Assembly (NCBI GenBank): GCA_965204355.1 | Contig: OZ241983.1 | Location: forward strand, 5,957,088 to 6,021,087 | Reading direction: 5' to 3' | Source: Candidatus Poribacteria bacterium | GTDB lineage: Bacteria > Poribacteria > WGA-4E > PCPOR2b | DNA: 64,000 bases | In this document: positions 17,942 to 27,947 of the stretch, piece by piece | Layout: the number at the start of each line of letters is the position of its first letter | Position numbering within the stretch: position 1 is the first letter of the stretch | Made by a program: the position numbers and the translations under genes | The notes under the pieces: model-generated | Told to the model about the DNA's origin: nothing | Database searches by the model: none | The model's input: the letters and a program-made list of their open reading frames with translations, nothing else

Positions 17942-18680
17942 TGGATTCGCCGCCGTCAATGTCAATACTGACGCCGCTAATCCATGCGGATTCATCTGAC
18001 GCCATAAAGACTGCCGCCATCGCAATGTCAGCCGGATGCCCCCCGCGAACCAGTTCATGCGGTGGCAGTCCCGCATCCTCTTCGCCACGCGTGTCGCCGA
18101 TACCGCCGGGGCAGATACAATTCACTCGAATGCCATCATCGCGGTATTGGCGGGCAAGACTACGGGTGAGTCCTATAAGTCCCCATTTTGCTGCACCATA
18201 CCCAGCGTTGGCACGTTGCCGTGTTTCACCCGCAGCCGAAACAAAGATTATTGAACCCCGCTTCTGTTCCTGCATCTTCGGGATCACTCCCTGTGCACAC
18301 ATGTAACCGGTGTGTAGGTTGATGTCCACCAGATACTTCCACGCCTCCTCATCGGTCTCATGCAACCGCAATCCACTCGCAGCGGCATCTCCCAAATTGT
18401 CGAAGAGTATATCGATTTGTCCCCACCGTTCTATGGTGGCATCCGCCATCTTGACACCGCCTTGGGGGGTGGTAAGATCAGCGGTCACATAGTCCGCCTC
18501 ACCGCCCCTCGCTTCGAGGTCCGCAACCATCGCCGCCAACGGTTCCGGTCGACGCGCCACAAGCATTAGTTTCGCCCCTTCTGCCGCAAACCACAGGGGT
18601 GTAGATCGTCCCATACCTCCACCAGCACCGGCTATAATGGCAACCTTACCGGCGAGTCGCCCTTCGCCATTCTCTCTCAT
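17934..18680 (-). CDS. SDR-family oxidoreductase
   Basis: GKVAIIAGAGGGMG Rossmann motif and YGAAK catalytic motif. Confidence 0.85.
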   Translation of the reverse strand: MRENGEGRLAGKVAIIAGAGGGMGRSTPLWFAAEGAKLMLVARRPEPLAAMVADLEARGGEADYVTADLTTPQGGVKMADATIERWGQIDILFDNLGDAAASGLRLHETDEEAWKYLVDINLHTGYMCAQGVIPKMQEQKRGSIIFVSAAGETRQRANAGYGAAKWGLIGLTRSLARQYRDDGIRVNCICPGGIGDTRGEEDAGLPPHELVRGGHPADIAMAAVFMASDESAWISGVSIDIDGGESMM

Positions 18681-18699
18681 GATAACCCCTTCCCTGCTC

Positions 18700-19539
18700 T
18701 CAAGAAATGTTATTTGTTACTCCATCAACCCGGTGCCTATACAGCGGTTTCACGTCCTCCGGGAACGCCTCGTACACCTGTCGTGGAACGACTGCATTGT
18801 TACGTCCGCCAAACTCCACGCTCACCCACCACGGCACATAACGCACCACAATTGCCACCCGCGGTTTGTCGCTGGGGTTGGCAGCATTCGAGTGCCAGAT
18901 ACGGCTATCTATTATCAGCACACTGCCAGCGGGCCCAGAAGCCTGCATTTCGCCGGGGATGGGCTTAAATGCGTCAATCCCGTCCTCTGGTCCCCTCGGA
19001 TTGCGTGGATCTTGGTGGCTGCCCGGCACAACCCATGTGCCACCGCTATCGGGTCCAAATGGCGAAAGAAGCCATATTGTTGTCAGTCCCATCGTAACAT
19101 TGGGAAACGGTTGACGGACCGCACCGGCTCTATCCCTATCCGACAGGTCGTGGGGCCAATCTGAATGGTAAGAACGATACATCTTGTTATCGTCGTTCGG
19201 TGGGCGGGTCTTAAACTCGGTTTGTGCAATCCGCACGTGCGGATCAAGCATTGTCCTAATTACACCAAGCACGCGCTTCTCCGCCAAGTAAGGCGCCAAC
19301 GGCTGAATGTAGGCGATAACGTTTTTCCCCGGTCCTCCGTCTCTGGCCGTCTGGCGCCCGAGTGCACCACCGGCTGCCTCATATTCGGCTGTCGCCTCCA
19401 GATGGGCATCTTCCACATGCCCCCGAATAGCGTCCACTTGGTTTCCAGGGATAACCCCCTCCACCACGCACCAACCCACCTCTCTCAACTGCGATACATA
19501 CGTCTCAATCTGATTAGTGAACGTATCTGCACATGTCAT
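18700..19539 (-). CDS. PhyH-like Fe(II)/2-oxoglutarate dioxygenase family protein
   Basis: overall PhyH-like layout; HSD / WHSN His-containing motifs. Confidence 0.5.
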   Translation of the reverse strand: MTCADTFTNQIETYVSQLREVGWCVVEGVIPGNQVDAIRGHVEDAHLEATAEYEAAGGALGRQTARDGGPGKNVIAYIQPLAPYLAEKRVLGVIRTMLDPHVRIAQTEFKTRPPNDDNKMYRSYHSDWPHDLSDRDRAGAVRQPFPNVTMGLTTIWLLSPFGPDSGGTWVVPGSHQDPRNPRGPEDGIDAFKPIPGEMQASGPAGSVLIIDSRIWHSNAANPSDKPRVAIVVRYVPWWVSVEFGGRNNAVVPRQVYEAFPEDVKPLYRHRVDGVTNNIS

Positions 19540-19557
19540 GAATCTTCCTCAATAAAA

Positions 19558-19702
19558 TAACGCAAGTTGCTAGTTGATAATCCAAGCACCGGAAACTTGT
19601 GCAATCGTCGGGAATTGGAATTCCCTCCTACAAAAAACATACGGTAGGAGCGATCTCCGAATCGCGACTAGCTTGACTATGGCTAACTAGTAACTTAGGT
19701 TA
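19558..19702. mobile_element. MITE-like repeat, family 2, copy 2
   Basis: ~99% identical to 8894-9038. Confidence 0.85.
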
Positions 19703-19723
19703 AAATAGGTTCGTCAGCACAAC

Positions 19724-21361
19724 CTAAAACTGTCTATCCGCCGTGATAGATTCATCCCAGCGTTGGGCTTCGAGGTACGCCATAACCGCTTGTCGAGCGG
19801 CGGGCGAATCCAAGCGTCTCAAGGCATCCATGGCAAAAGCACCCACATGCCCGCACGGATCATCCAACGCGTGGAACAGGACCTCCTCGGCACCCGCAGC
19901 GTCTTTTCCTAACCGTGTAAATGCCATTGCCACGTTCATCCGAACCTGATCCCGAATTGTCCATCCACGACGTTCCTCTTCATGCCAGTCCCCCCGATCC
20001 TCTGTCAGTAAGCCGCTAATGTGCGGAATAAAGGTCTGGACATTCTGACGGATGCTTCCGAGCGCGTCCGTCGCCGTGCGAACAACGCGATGAGAATCAA
20101 CACTTAGGCGCTCCGTCAGTTTTGACACCGCACTTGCTGCGTGGGAATCCAGTTCCCCTAAGGCAAAACTGGCATTAATGCGTACCCATTCACTCGAAGA
20201 ATCAAGGGCTTCGGTCAGCGCAGGCACAGCTGGCGACCCAATAGCGGTCAAAGCGTGCGCTGCGTCTTCCATTGAGATGGCACCCTCGTTCCAAGGTTCC
20301 GGAACTGGATGCACATCTTCTCGGCGCCCTGCTGCGTCCAAGCTATCCATCAGCGGTGCAACGGCGGGTTCTCCAATAGCACCAAGTGTATAGATTGCAG
20401 CGACCCGCGCGGCTTGATGATCATTCTCTAACATAGCAACCAGGGCGGGGATAGCTTCAGCGGCGTCGGACCCAAGCCCCGCTAAACCGTAAGCCGCTCT
20501 CAATCGTTCGGCTAAATCCCGATCTCTTTCCAAAGCAGTGATATACTGGGACAAATTATTTTTCGTCGATTGGCTGCCGTTGTTTCGGAAACTTTCATAA
20601 CGGTCCCGTTTGCCGCACAACCAATCCCACATGTGAGACCACACCAATTCCAGATTGTACGGTGTTTCGATAGCAGCCGGGTTCTGCCACTGGAGATCTT
20701 GACAATCCCACGATGGAGCAGTAGGCTCCGATCCCCGAACATAAATGAACTTCACCATATCGCGGGGTTGATTGAGGAGGTTAACACCTGCGGCATGACC
20801 CACGTCGAAATGTGTTAGCGACACGGTGCCAGCCTTCCCCACCATTGGAATGGCTTGCGCCCGGTCTTCATCGGTCAGGCGCTTATGAAATTGGGTGCCG
20901 GGGATCGCATGGGTCGGTCCCAGTTCAATCGGTGTGTCCTGCGGATAGTACATAATCCGCGCAAAACGCGAATAGTGCTGCCGAGGTCTGCCTAAAGGCG
21001 TATATGAATCTTGGTGGCAGTTCGCGGCTAACTTGACCTCCGGTTCAGGATCTGGATCAGTGACCGGCCCCAAGTGATGGCAGTAGCGGTGCGGATGTTC
21101 AATATATCCCTCGCCCAACGCACTAATCAACGCACCGCGCACCTCCGGACTATTGAGGATGTGCCGCATCTCTGGCACTCTCGGCAGTACGTTGTTCCCC
21201 GGATTGCTACCCACCTCCAAAACGTCCGCAAGTTTTCGGCGGATGGTCTCATGGAGTTCATCGGGAACGGATGGCTCCAGCATGACGTAACCATCGACAA
21301 TGTATTGACGCATCTGCTCATCGGTGAGCAGGAGGGGCGCACTGTTAAACGAAACGTTCAT
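19724..21361 (-). CDS. PhyH-like dioxygenase domain fused to C-terminal HEAT repeats
   Basis: N-terminal PhyH-like (CHQDSY, HxD) then repeats AARVAAIYTLGAIGE / EWVRINASFALGEL / RVVRTATDALGS. Confidence 0.55.
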   Translation of the reverse strand: MNVSFNSAPLLLTDEQMRQYIVDGYVMLEPSVPDELHETIRRKLADVLEVGSNPGNNVLPRVPEMRHILNSPEVRGALISALGEGYIEHPHRYCHHLGPVTDPDPEPEVKLAANCHQDSYTPLGRPRQHYSRFARIMYYPQDTPIELGPTHAIPGTQFHKRLTDEDRAQAIPMVGKAGTVSLTHFDVGHAAGVNLLNQPRDMVKFIYVRGSEPTAPSWDCQDLQWQNPAAIETPYNLELVWSHMWDWLCGKRDRYESFRNNGSQSTKNNLSQYITALERDRDLAERLRAAYGLAGLGSDAAEAIPALVAMLENDHQAARVAAIYTLGAIGEPAVAPLMDSLDAAGRREDVHPVPEPWNEGAISMEDAAHALTAIGSPAVPALTEALDSSSEWVRINASFALGELDSHAASAVSKLTERLSVDSHRVVRTATDALGSIRQNVQTFIPHISGLLTEDRGDWHEEERRGWTIRDQVRMNVAMAFTRLGKDAAGAEEVLFHALDDPCGHVGAFAMDALRRLDSPAARQAVMAYLEAQRWDESITADRQF

Positions 21362-21429
21362 AGGTATTGGCTCCTTTCTAACGGTTCTAACCCAAATTCT
21401 AGGTATTGAAAATCTATCAACTTTCTGTT

Positions 21430-21600
21430 AAAATTAAAGTGCTCTATTTTTCGCTCCAGCGGAGCGATATGTCTATAGCAATACCGATATTTCTGATGTC
21501 TGCGCTCCAGAGGAGCGCAATGTGTATGGAAGACTATGCCTAATCCAAGTACCCTAAAGCCCTAGCGGGGCGATAAATGGCAACTTGCGTTATTCTTATA
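21430..21600. repeat. degenerate family-1-related hairpin cluster (three GCTCCAGCGGAGCG-like hairpins) ending in inverted family-2 terminal motif
   Basis: CGCTCCAGCGGAGCGATATGTCTATAGCAATACCGATA parallels family-1 GCCCCAGCGGGGCGACATGTTTATAGCATACGGATA; GGCAACTTGCGTTA is reverse complement of family-2 end. Confidence 0.6.
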
Positions 21601-21893
21601 GATAATAATAAACATAAAAGTGATCGGAACAGCAAGGGGCATGAAAGACGGATTCTCGAGTATGAAAACCTTCAATTCAGATCGTGTCAAAAATACCAAG
21701 TTGTCTCAGGTAAATCACCAAGTTTCAGCAGAGATTATTATCACTCAGTTGGAAAAGGTACACAAGCAAATTTGCACAAATTCCGGCGAGGTTGAGGACA
21801 GTGTTGATGTATTAACTCGACTCCGTGAAGGTAACAGAAATAACAGATAAAGTTATATTCAGTTCCTCCCGCTCTGCTGTATGCACTTCTTGT

Positions 21894-23135
21894 CTAGTCT
21901 TGAATCTTAATAACCGACTGGCGATGTGTTGGATTGAACGCAACAAAGGTTACGTTGTTTTCTGTGAAAAAGGTGTTGCTCTTGAACGCAGCGCGACTTC
22001 CAGCACGAGTAAGGTCTTTCCCATCCGCAGAGATGCCTCGCACATCAGCGCCGGTTAAACGGAGCGTCAAATCAGGGACGCGCACCGGTAAGTCCAGCCG
22101 AATCGTATTGCCCTCCACCATAATTTCAGCCATCTCCCGTGCACATGCGTAGTTCGTGATCTCGCTGCATTTGCGCCATTGCGTCCGCTCACCCTTCGGG
22201 TCACGCTCCTTCAACCGACGGACAACGGTCTTGAAAGCGTTAAAGCCGCGACGGTCATCGTTATGCAGCCCATAAAACCCCTGCCAGTGGCTAATTAGCA
22301 CCGCGGGATCACCAGCGTCAATGACAGCGGGGAGGCGTCCTCCATCCAAGTCCGCGGTGATATACTTGTCGACATTGACCTCGCCGTACCCGGTCCACGA
22401 ACCGGTCCAATCACCGGTGGAAGCGATAATCTCGCCTACAGCTGTACCCGTCTCTCGGTCCGCATACCAAACGGGTGTTTCGACAGGCCCATCGCTAGAG
22501 ACGCGCTTGAAGAAGTACGGCGTGGGATTGCCAGTAACCGCTCGTGCTGCAATACCGACAACCTTCGCATAAAAGTCAAGTGGATTACCGAACCCACCGG
22601 GAGAAGTAACCCCTTCAGGACTTAATCCGACGTTCTCCAAGATCTGGCAGGCGGTGGTGATGTAATCAATCACCAATTCTTCCTGATCAACGGGCAGATT
22701 GTTCCAATCGTACTGCTCCCAAATCCCGGACTCCAGCGGTTTACAGGTTTTCGGATCGACGACAACGGTATGCGTAATCATTTCAGGCGTGATGTCGTAG
22801 GCGGGGGTGATAACCTCCTTGCACATCCGCAGCCAACTCTCCTGCTGCGCCTTGCTAAAGAGCGGTAATCCCTCGTCGATGCGTCCCAAGGCTGCAGGGC
22901 ACGGAACAACGCTAAACTTTCCCCGGACACCGTGTTCAATGCACCACTCGGCAAACTCACGGACGAATGACTCCGGGTGCACAACAGGCACATCCTGCCA
23001 CCGGCGGTTCTCCCCGTCCACAAGATTGCGGTCACGCATAAAGAAATAGTTCAGGTTGACCAACACCGTTGAGTCGTCAAAGATGATCGACAACGGCACG
23101 CGGTCAAGGGCGTGTCGAGCGATTTCAATCTGCAT
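21894..23135 (-). CDS. hypothetical protein
   Basis: 413-aa ORF with good coding continuity, no recognisable motif. Confidence 0.5.
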   Translation of the reverse strand: MQIEIARHALDRVPLSIIFDDSTVLVNLNYFFMRDRNLVDGENRRWQDVPVVHPESFVREFAEWCIEHGVRGKFSVVPCPAALGRIDEGLPLFSKAQQESWLRMCKEVITPAYDITPEMITHTVVVDPKTCKPLESGIWEQYDWNNLPVDQEELVIDYITTACQILENVGLSPEGVTSPGGFGNPLDFYAKVVGIAARAVTGNPTPYFFKRVSSDGPVETPVWYADRETGTAVGEIIASTGDWTGSWTGYGEVNVDKYITADLDGGRLPAVIDAGDPAVLISHWQGFYGLHNDDRRGFNAFKTVVRRLKERDPKGERTQWRKCSEITNYACAREMAEIMVEGNTIRLDLPVRVPDLTLRLTGADVRGISADGKDLTRAGSRAAFKSNTFFTENNVTFVAFNPTHRQSVIKIQD

Positions 23136-23161
23136 GAATAGCTCCTATAGACCCCCACGTT

Positions 23162-23590
23162 TCAGTTCGTTTGAAAAAACTCGACGCTTTCGCCGTTAGG
23201 ACCTCTGAAGAAAGCGATCGTCACCTGTAACCCGCCAAGACTGACATCGCGCGGTTCAACCGTGATCTCATACCCCGCCTCTCGGACATGTTCCACCGCT
23301 CCATGGATGTCGGTTGTTGTCAATGCAAAATGGTGCACAGGGTTGTTCGGCGCGGGATCCCCCGGCTTGGGTCCATCCGCGGTCGGCTGGAAAAGCTCCA
23401 TGTGGCTGCCATCCCCCATATCCAGCAGGAGAATCTTGCGTTCGGGAGGCCCAAACTCTGCAACAATCTCCATGCCAAGCACATCGCGATAGAGTCGCAG
23501 CGATTCCTCCCAATCGCGTGTATGCACAGCAATATGATGCGCGCCACACCCTTTGATAACACTGTTTTTTGTTCCGATAGCCATAATCAA
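23162..23590 (-). CDS. VOC/glyoxalase-family protein
   Basis: HHIAVHTRDWEESLRLYRDVLGMEI ... MELFQ typical glyoxalase/bleomycin-resistance fold motifs. Confidence 0.7.
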   Translation of the reverse strand: MIMAIGTKNSVIKGCGAHHIAVHTRDWEESLRLYRDVLGMEIVAEFGPPERKILLLDMGDGSHMELFQPTADGPKPGDPAPNNPVHHFALTTTDIHGAVEHVREAGYEITVEPRDVSLGGLQVTIAFFRGPNGESVEFFQTN

Positions 23591-23607
23591 ATCCTTTCTA
23601 TTATCTG

Positions 23608-24408
23608 CTAATTTTCCGACGCTGCCCGTCCAGTTTGGAGGACCTCTCCAACTACAAACTTTCGCCGTTTTCCATCCATATCTTTGAGCAGCAATCCACC
23701 ATCCCGATCAATCGCCTCCGTCCGCCCCCGAAAGACGTTACCAGCAGTCTTAATTTGAATCCAATCACTGGCGAGGTGTAATAGCCTGTTAGCGGTTTCG
23801 ATAATCCCATCCGTTTCGCCACATTTCAAACACAGGTAGTTTTCCTCAAGTCGGTGCAGGATAGCTTGGAGAAGGAGGACACGGGAGATGCCCCGATTGC
23901 TTTCTATCTTCAAAGAGGTAGCAGAAGCGTGAAGTTCCTCCGGCAAGTCTGCCCGCGTCGTATTGACATTGACCCCGAATCCCATGATGCAAAACGGCTG
24001 CCGATCTCGATCATATTCCAACTCCGTCAAGACGCCGCTCACCTTTTTCCTCTGAATCAGCACGTCGTTGGGCCACTTAATCCGTGTCGTAAGATCGGTC
24101 AATTCGTTAATCGCGGTTGCGATGGACACCGCACCGATGAGGTTAGGCAGGCCGACCTGATCCGCCCGGAGCCGGTGTCGCAGGATGACCGATGCGAGGA
24201 TGCTTGATCCAAGGGGAGCATGCCACTTTCTGCCGTGTCGTCCCCGCCCGTGGGTTTGGCTCTCCGCTAAGATAAGTGTTCCTTCCTGTGCACCGTCAAC
24301 GCCGCATTGTAGCGCCAAATCGCTCGTTGAGCCCACCTGATCGTAGATTTGGATCTGTCGCCCGATGGTTCGGTTTTGCAGCCCCGATAAAATGTCGTCA
24401 GTTGTCAT
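23608..24408 (-). CDS. birA: biotin--[acetyl-CoA-carboxylase] ligase (class I BirA without DNA-binding domain)
   Basis: GRGRHGRKW and KWPNDVL motifs; 266 aa, no N-terminal HTH. Confidence 0.8.
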   Translation of the reverse strand: MTTDDILSGLQNRTIGRQIQIYDQVGSTSDLALQCGVDGAQEGTLILAESQTHGRGRHGRKWHAPLGSSILASVILRHRLRADQVGLPNLIGAVSIATAINELTDLTTRIKWPNDVLIQRKKVSGVLTELEYDRDRQPFCIMGFGVNVNTTRADLPEELHASATSLKIESNRGISRVLLLQAILHRLEENYLCLKCGETDGIIETANRLLHLASDWIQIKTAGNVFRGRTEAIDRDGGLLLKDMDGKRRKFVVGEVLQTGRAASEN

Positions 24409-24592
24409 TATGAATCATCATGGTATCACGCCTACCAACGCAGTGTCAACGCCTAACTTTCCGCTTGACTTTGTAACCTCGTTATCCTAAAATTGACCCG
24501 ATAGTAATCCAGTAAGAGTAACGCAATCTCACGATAGTTAAAGCGGTCAGGCGGTTTGACCATTCATTGCTGTGCGCTACGCTCTACACCTC

Positions 24593-25792
24593 ATGCCCAT
24601 AATACTCACAATCAACGCTGGAAGTTCCTCTGTTAAGTTTCAATGCTTTGAAATGACGGACGAAGTATGTCTGGCAAAGGGACAAATTGACCGACTGGGT
24701 TCTCCATCCCCCGATCTGTTTTATGAGCGGCACGATGGTGTCATATATCAAACTCATATTCCACCAATGGAATATGAGGCGGTTTTCCCTTCGATCTTTG
24801 AGATACTGCTCGACACCGAAAAGGGTATTCTTCAAAATCTCAATGACATTGCTGCCGTTGGACACCGCGTCGTTCACGGAGGGAGTCGCTTTGCTGAATC
24901 TGCGTTAATCACGGCCGAAGTTGAAACGGCGATTAATCAATGCGTTCCGCTCGCCCCACTGCACAACCCGTATAACTTGGGCGGGATCCGCGCCTGCCGT
25001 CAAGCGCTGCCGAATGCCGCACATGTCGCTGTATTCGATACAGCGTTCCATCAAACGATGCCAGATTACGCCTATATGTACGCCCTGCCTTATGCCCTTT
25101 ATGAGCAGTACGGCATTCGACGGTACGGCTTTCACGGCACATCGCACCGATACGTCTCAATGCGAGCTGCCGAAATCCTCGGACGGCCATTGACGTCACT
25201 CAAGCTGATTACCTGTCATCTCGGAAATGGGTGTAGTATCACGGCAGTCAATCAGGGGAAATCAGTTGATACCAGCATGGGACTAACGCCACTTGAAGGT
25301 TTAATGATGGGAACACGTTCCGGTGATATTGATCCCGCGATTATTTTTCACCTGATGGAAGAAGGACAGATGCCTGCGGACAAGATTAATCAAACCCTCA
25401 ACCGCGAGAGCGGTTTACTCGGTATTTCTGGCGTTGCATCAGATGTTCGAGACCTGTTTCGGGCAGGCTCAGAGGGCAATCCGCAAGCGGCACTTGCACT
25501 GCAGATGTTTTCATATCGCGTGAAACAATATATTGGAAAATATGCCGCAGTCCTCGGCGGTTTGGACGCACTGATTTTCACCGGTGGGATTGGCGAAAAT
25601 GCCTCATCCATCCGTGCCTCAATCTGCGAGAACCTCGGATTTCTGGGTGTCCACCTTGACGAAGAGCAGAATCAGTCAGCCGAGTCCGCAAAGGCAATTC
25701 ATCGGAAAGGGGCTCCTGTCAAGCTGCTTGTCATACCGACCAATGAGGAGCTTATGATTGCCCGTGACACCCTGCGTCTCATTAAAGGATAA
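24593..25792 (+). CDS. ackA: acetate kinase
   Basis: INAGSSSVKF, VVHGG, HNPYNLGGI, GFHGTSHRYV, EGLMMGTRSGDIDP signatures. Confidence 0.9.
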   Translation: MPIILTINAGSSSVKFQCFEMTDEVCLAKGQIDRLGSPSPDLFYERHDGVIYQTHIPPMEYEAVFPSIFEILLDTEKGILQNLNDIAAVGHRVVHGGSRFAESALITAEVETAINQCVPLAPLHNPYNLGGIRACRQALPNAAHVAVFDTAFHQTMPDYAYMYALPYALYEQYGIRRYGFHGTSHRYVSMRAAEILGRPLTSLKLITCHLGNGCSITAVNQGKSVDTSMGLTPLEGLMMGTRSGDIDPAIIFHLMEEGQMPADKINQTLNRESGLLGISGVASDVRDLFRAGSEGNPQAALALQMFSYRVKQYIGKYAAVLGGLDALIFTGGIGENASSIRASICENLGFLGVHLDEEQNQSAESAKAIHRKGAPVKLLVIPTNEELMIARDTLRLIKG

Positions 25793-25820
25793 ATTCCATC
25801 ACAAAGGGGGCATAGTCAAG

Positions 25821-26876
25821 ATGATCTCCTTAAAATGCCGAAAACATAAAAAAATCTGTTCTATTCTCCTCTTAGTCGGCTCTATATTATGCGGACTGTT
25901 GAACTTTTCCTCGGAGAGCCGCGCGAAGCAAGGGAAATGGACGCAGAAGGCGGACATGCCAACACCGAGGCTGCAATTGGCAACCGCCGTCGTCAATGGT
26001 AAAATCTATGCCATTGGTGGGCTTAATGGCGGTCCGCAATCGGCTGTGGAAGTATACGATCCACAGAGGGATATTTGGATAAAGAAAGCCGATATGCTAA
26101 CACCAAGAGGCGGAATTGCCGCGAGTGCGGTTGATGGTAAGATTTATGTGTTTGGTGGTCACAGAATGGCTTTCGAGCCACTTGACACCGTCCAAATGTA
26201 CGACCCGGCAAAAGATAAATGGACTCGGAAAAAGCGGATGCCGGTACCGATAGACCGGATGACGACAAGTGTCGTCAGTGGACAGATTTATCTCATCGGT
26301 GGGTGGGACTTCCCCGACGATGTTTACTCAACCGTCTTTCAGTACAATCCTAAGGGAGACATTTGGACTCGGAAGGCGGATATGCCGACGGCGCGAGGTG
26401 GGCATGCCGCCGTTGTGTTCGCGGACAAGATTTATGTCTTCGGAGGTGCGACCTTCAAAGAAACGACCCATGGCGGGATCCGGTATTTTGACGTTGTTGA
26501 AATGTATGACCCCGCTGAAGATCGATGGACACGCAAGCCCAAAATGCCGGTGCCAAAAATTGGCTTAGGTGTCGAAACCGTCGATGGAAAGATTTACACC
26601 ATCGGCGGAACCGCTTCAGATAATACCAGCCGCCTCTCAAGGGTAGACATCTTTATCCCGGACGACGGCACATGGCTTGCGGAGGGCGGGGCGCGGCTTC
26701 CGGTGGCAAGAGGAGGACTGTCGGTTTCCCAGATAAACGACAAAATTTACACCTTGGGCGGATTTTCAGTACTAGGAACCGTCCCAAAGGTAGATGAATA
26801 TGACCCCCTAGCACTGTCAATCTCTCCACAAAATAATATATCAACGATGTGGGGAACAGTAAAACGCAGCAAGTAA
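25821..26876 (+). CDS. secreted Kelch-repeat protein
   Basis: N-terminal signal peptide; six IY(A/V)xGG kelch blades. Confidence 0.8.
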   Translation: MISLKCRKHKKICSILLLVGSILCGLLNFSSESRAKQGKWTQKADMPTPRLQLATAVVNGKIYAIGGLNGGPQSAVEVYDPQRDIWIKKADMLTPRGGIAASAVDGKIYVFGGHRMAFEPLDTVQMYDPAKDKWTRKKRMPVPIDRMTTSVVSGQIYLIGGWDFPDDVYSTVFQYNPKGDIWTRKADMPTARGGHAAVVFADKIYVFGGATFKETTHGGIRYFDVVEMYDPAEDRWTRKPKMPVPKIGLGVETVDGKIYTIGGTASDNTSRLSRVDIFIPDDGTWLAEGGARLPVARGGLSVSQINDKIYTLGGFSVLGTVPKVDEYDPLALSISPQNNISTMWGTVKRSK

Positions 26877-26935
26877 CCCTTAATAGCTGGGTAGTTGAAT
26901 GAGCCAAACAAATCCAAACAGTCAAGGAGATTTCT

Positions 26936-27796
26936 ATGAAAATTGGTTTACGTATACCGGGCACCGCACGCGAGTTGCCCTTTGATGAGTTCTGTCGTTG
27001 GTGTGCAGATAACGGTTTTGATGCAGTTGATATAAGCGGCGTGACACCCGAAATTGTGGGAACAGCAAGGAACGCTGGACTGGTAATTGGCACGGCAGAT
27101 ATGCCGGGCACCGGCGACCTGTTAAGCGTTGACCAAGCTCAGCAAGCAGCGGGGGCTGAAGCGGCAAAAGCTGCCATCCAGGCCGCAGCTGATAACGATG
27201 TCAATCTCATGTTTTGCGTCTTCTCTCCAGCAGATCCAACTATTGGACGGGCGAAAGCCTTCGATCTGTGGAAGGAAACTGTCCCCCCAATTGCCGAATT
27301 TGCCGCGGATAACGGGGTTACGATTTCCGTCGAAGGTTACCCAGGTCCCTCACCCCACTGTCCCGCGCTCGGTTGCACCCCTGAAACGCTGCGAGCAATG
27401 TTCGCGGAATGCCCAAGAGGGCTTGGTGTGAATTATGATCCGTCGCATTTAGTCCGCATCAACGTAGATTATCTACGGATGCTCAATGAATTTGCCGACC
27501 GGGTCGTGCATGTCCACGGCAAAGACACCGATTTTGACCAAGAGGCCCTTTATCTCCACGGCAATCTCGGACCAAGTTTCCATCCCTCGCGCGGTTTTGG
27601 TGAGGATTGGTGGCGATATACCATCCCCGGCGATGGTGTTGTCGATTGGCTCAAAGTTGTTCAACGGCTTGAGGATGCAGGCTTCGACGGGATTGTCAGC
27701 GTTGAGCTCGAAGATTATCGCTACTGGAAGACTTGGGAGGCGGAATCCGATGGGCTTAAGCGTTCACAAGAGTACCTCGCACAGTATGTACGATAG
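26936..27796 (+). CDS. sugar phosphate isomerase/epimerase (xylose-isomerase-like TIM barrel)
   Basis: family-typical N-terminus and metal-ligand pattern (HVHGKD, VELED). Confidence 0.7.
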   Translation: MKIGLRIPGTARELPFDEFCRWCADNGFDAVDISGVTPEIVGTARNAGLVIGTADMPGTGDLLSVDQAQQAAGAEAAKAAIQAAADNDVNLMFCVFSPADPTIGRAKAFDLWKETVPPIAEFAADNGVTISVEGYPGPSPHCPALGCTPETLRAMFAECPRGLGVNYDPSHLVRINVDYLRMLNEFADRVVHVHGKDTDFDQEALYLHGNLGPSFHPSRGFGEDWWRYTIPGDGVVDWLKVVQRLEDAGFDGIVSVELEDYRYWKTWEAESDGLKRSQEYLAQYVR

Positions 27797-27840
27797 CACA
27801 CTGTGAAACCAATAAGGGATACTTATAACATCAACGATTG

Positions 27841-27868
27841 TAGTCCAAGTAGGGAACGCAGATCTGCG
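27841..27868. repeat. perfect palindrome AGGGAACGCAGATCTGCGTTCCCT (gene-end palindrome family)
   Basis: read directly. Confidence 0.8.
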
Positions 27869-27947
27869 TTCCCTCCCTTTTGACTATTGAACGATAGCAT
27901 CGCTCCAAATAGCCTTCGATAACAGCACCGAAGAAAGGAAGGATACA

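Noticed and set aside
21620-21850. 76-aa ORF in AT-rich stretch
   Set aside because: Atypical composition, overlapping alternative ORFs, and no RBS. It is more likely non-coding remnant sequence. It is kept only as a note in findings.
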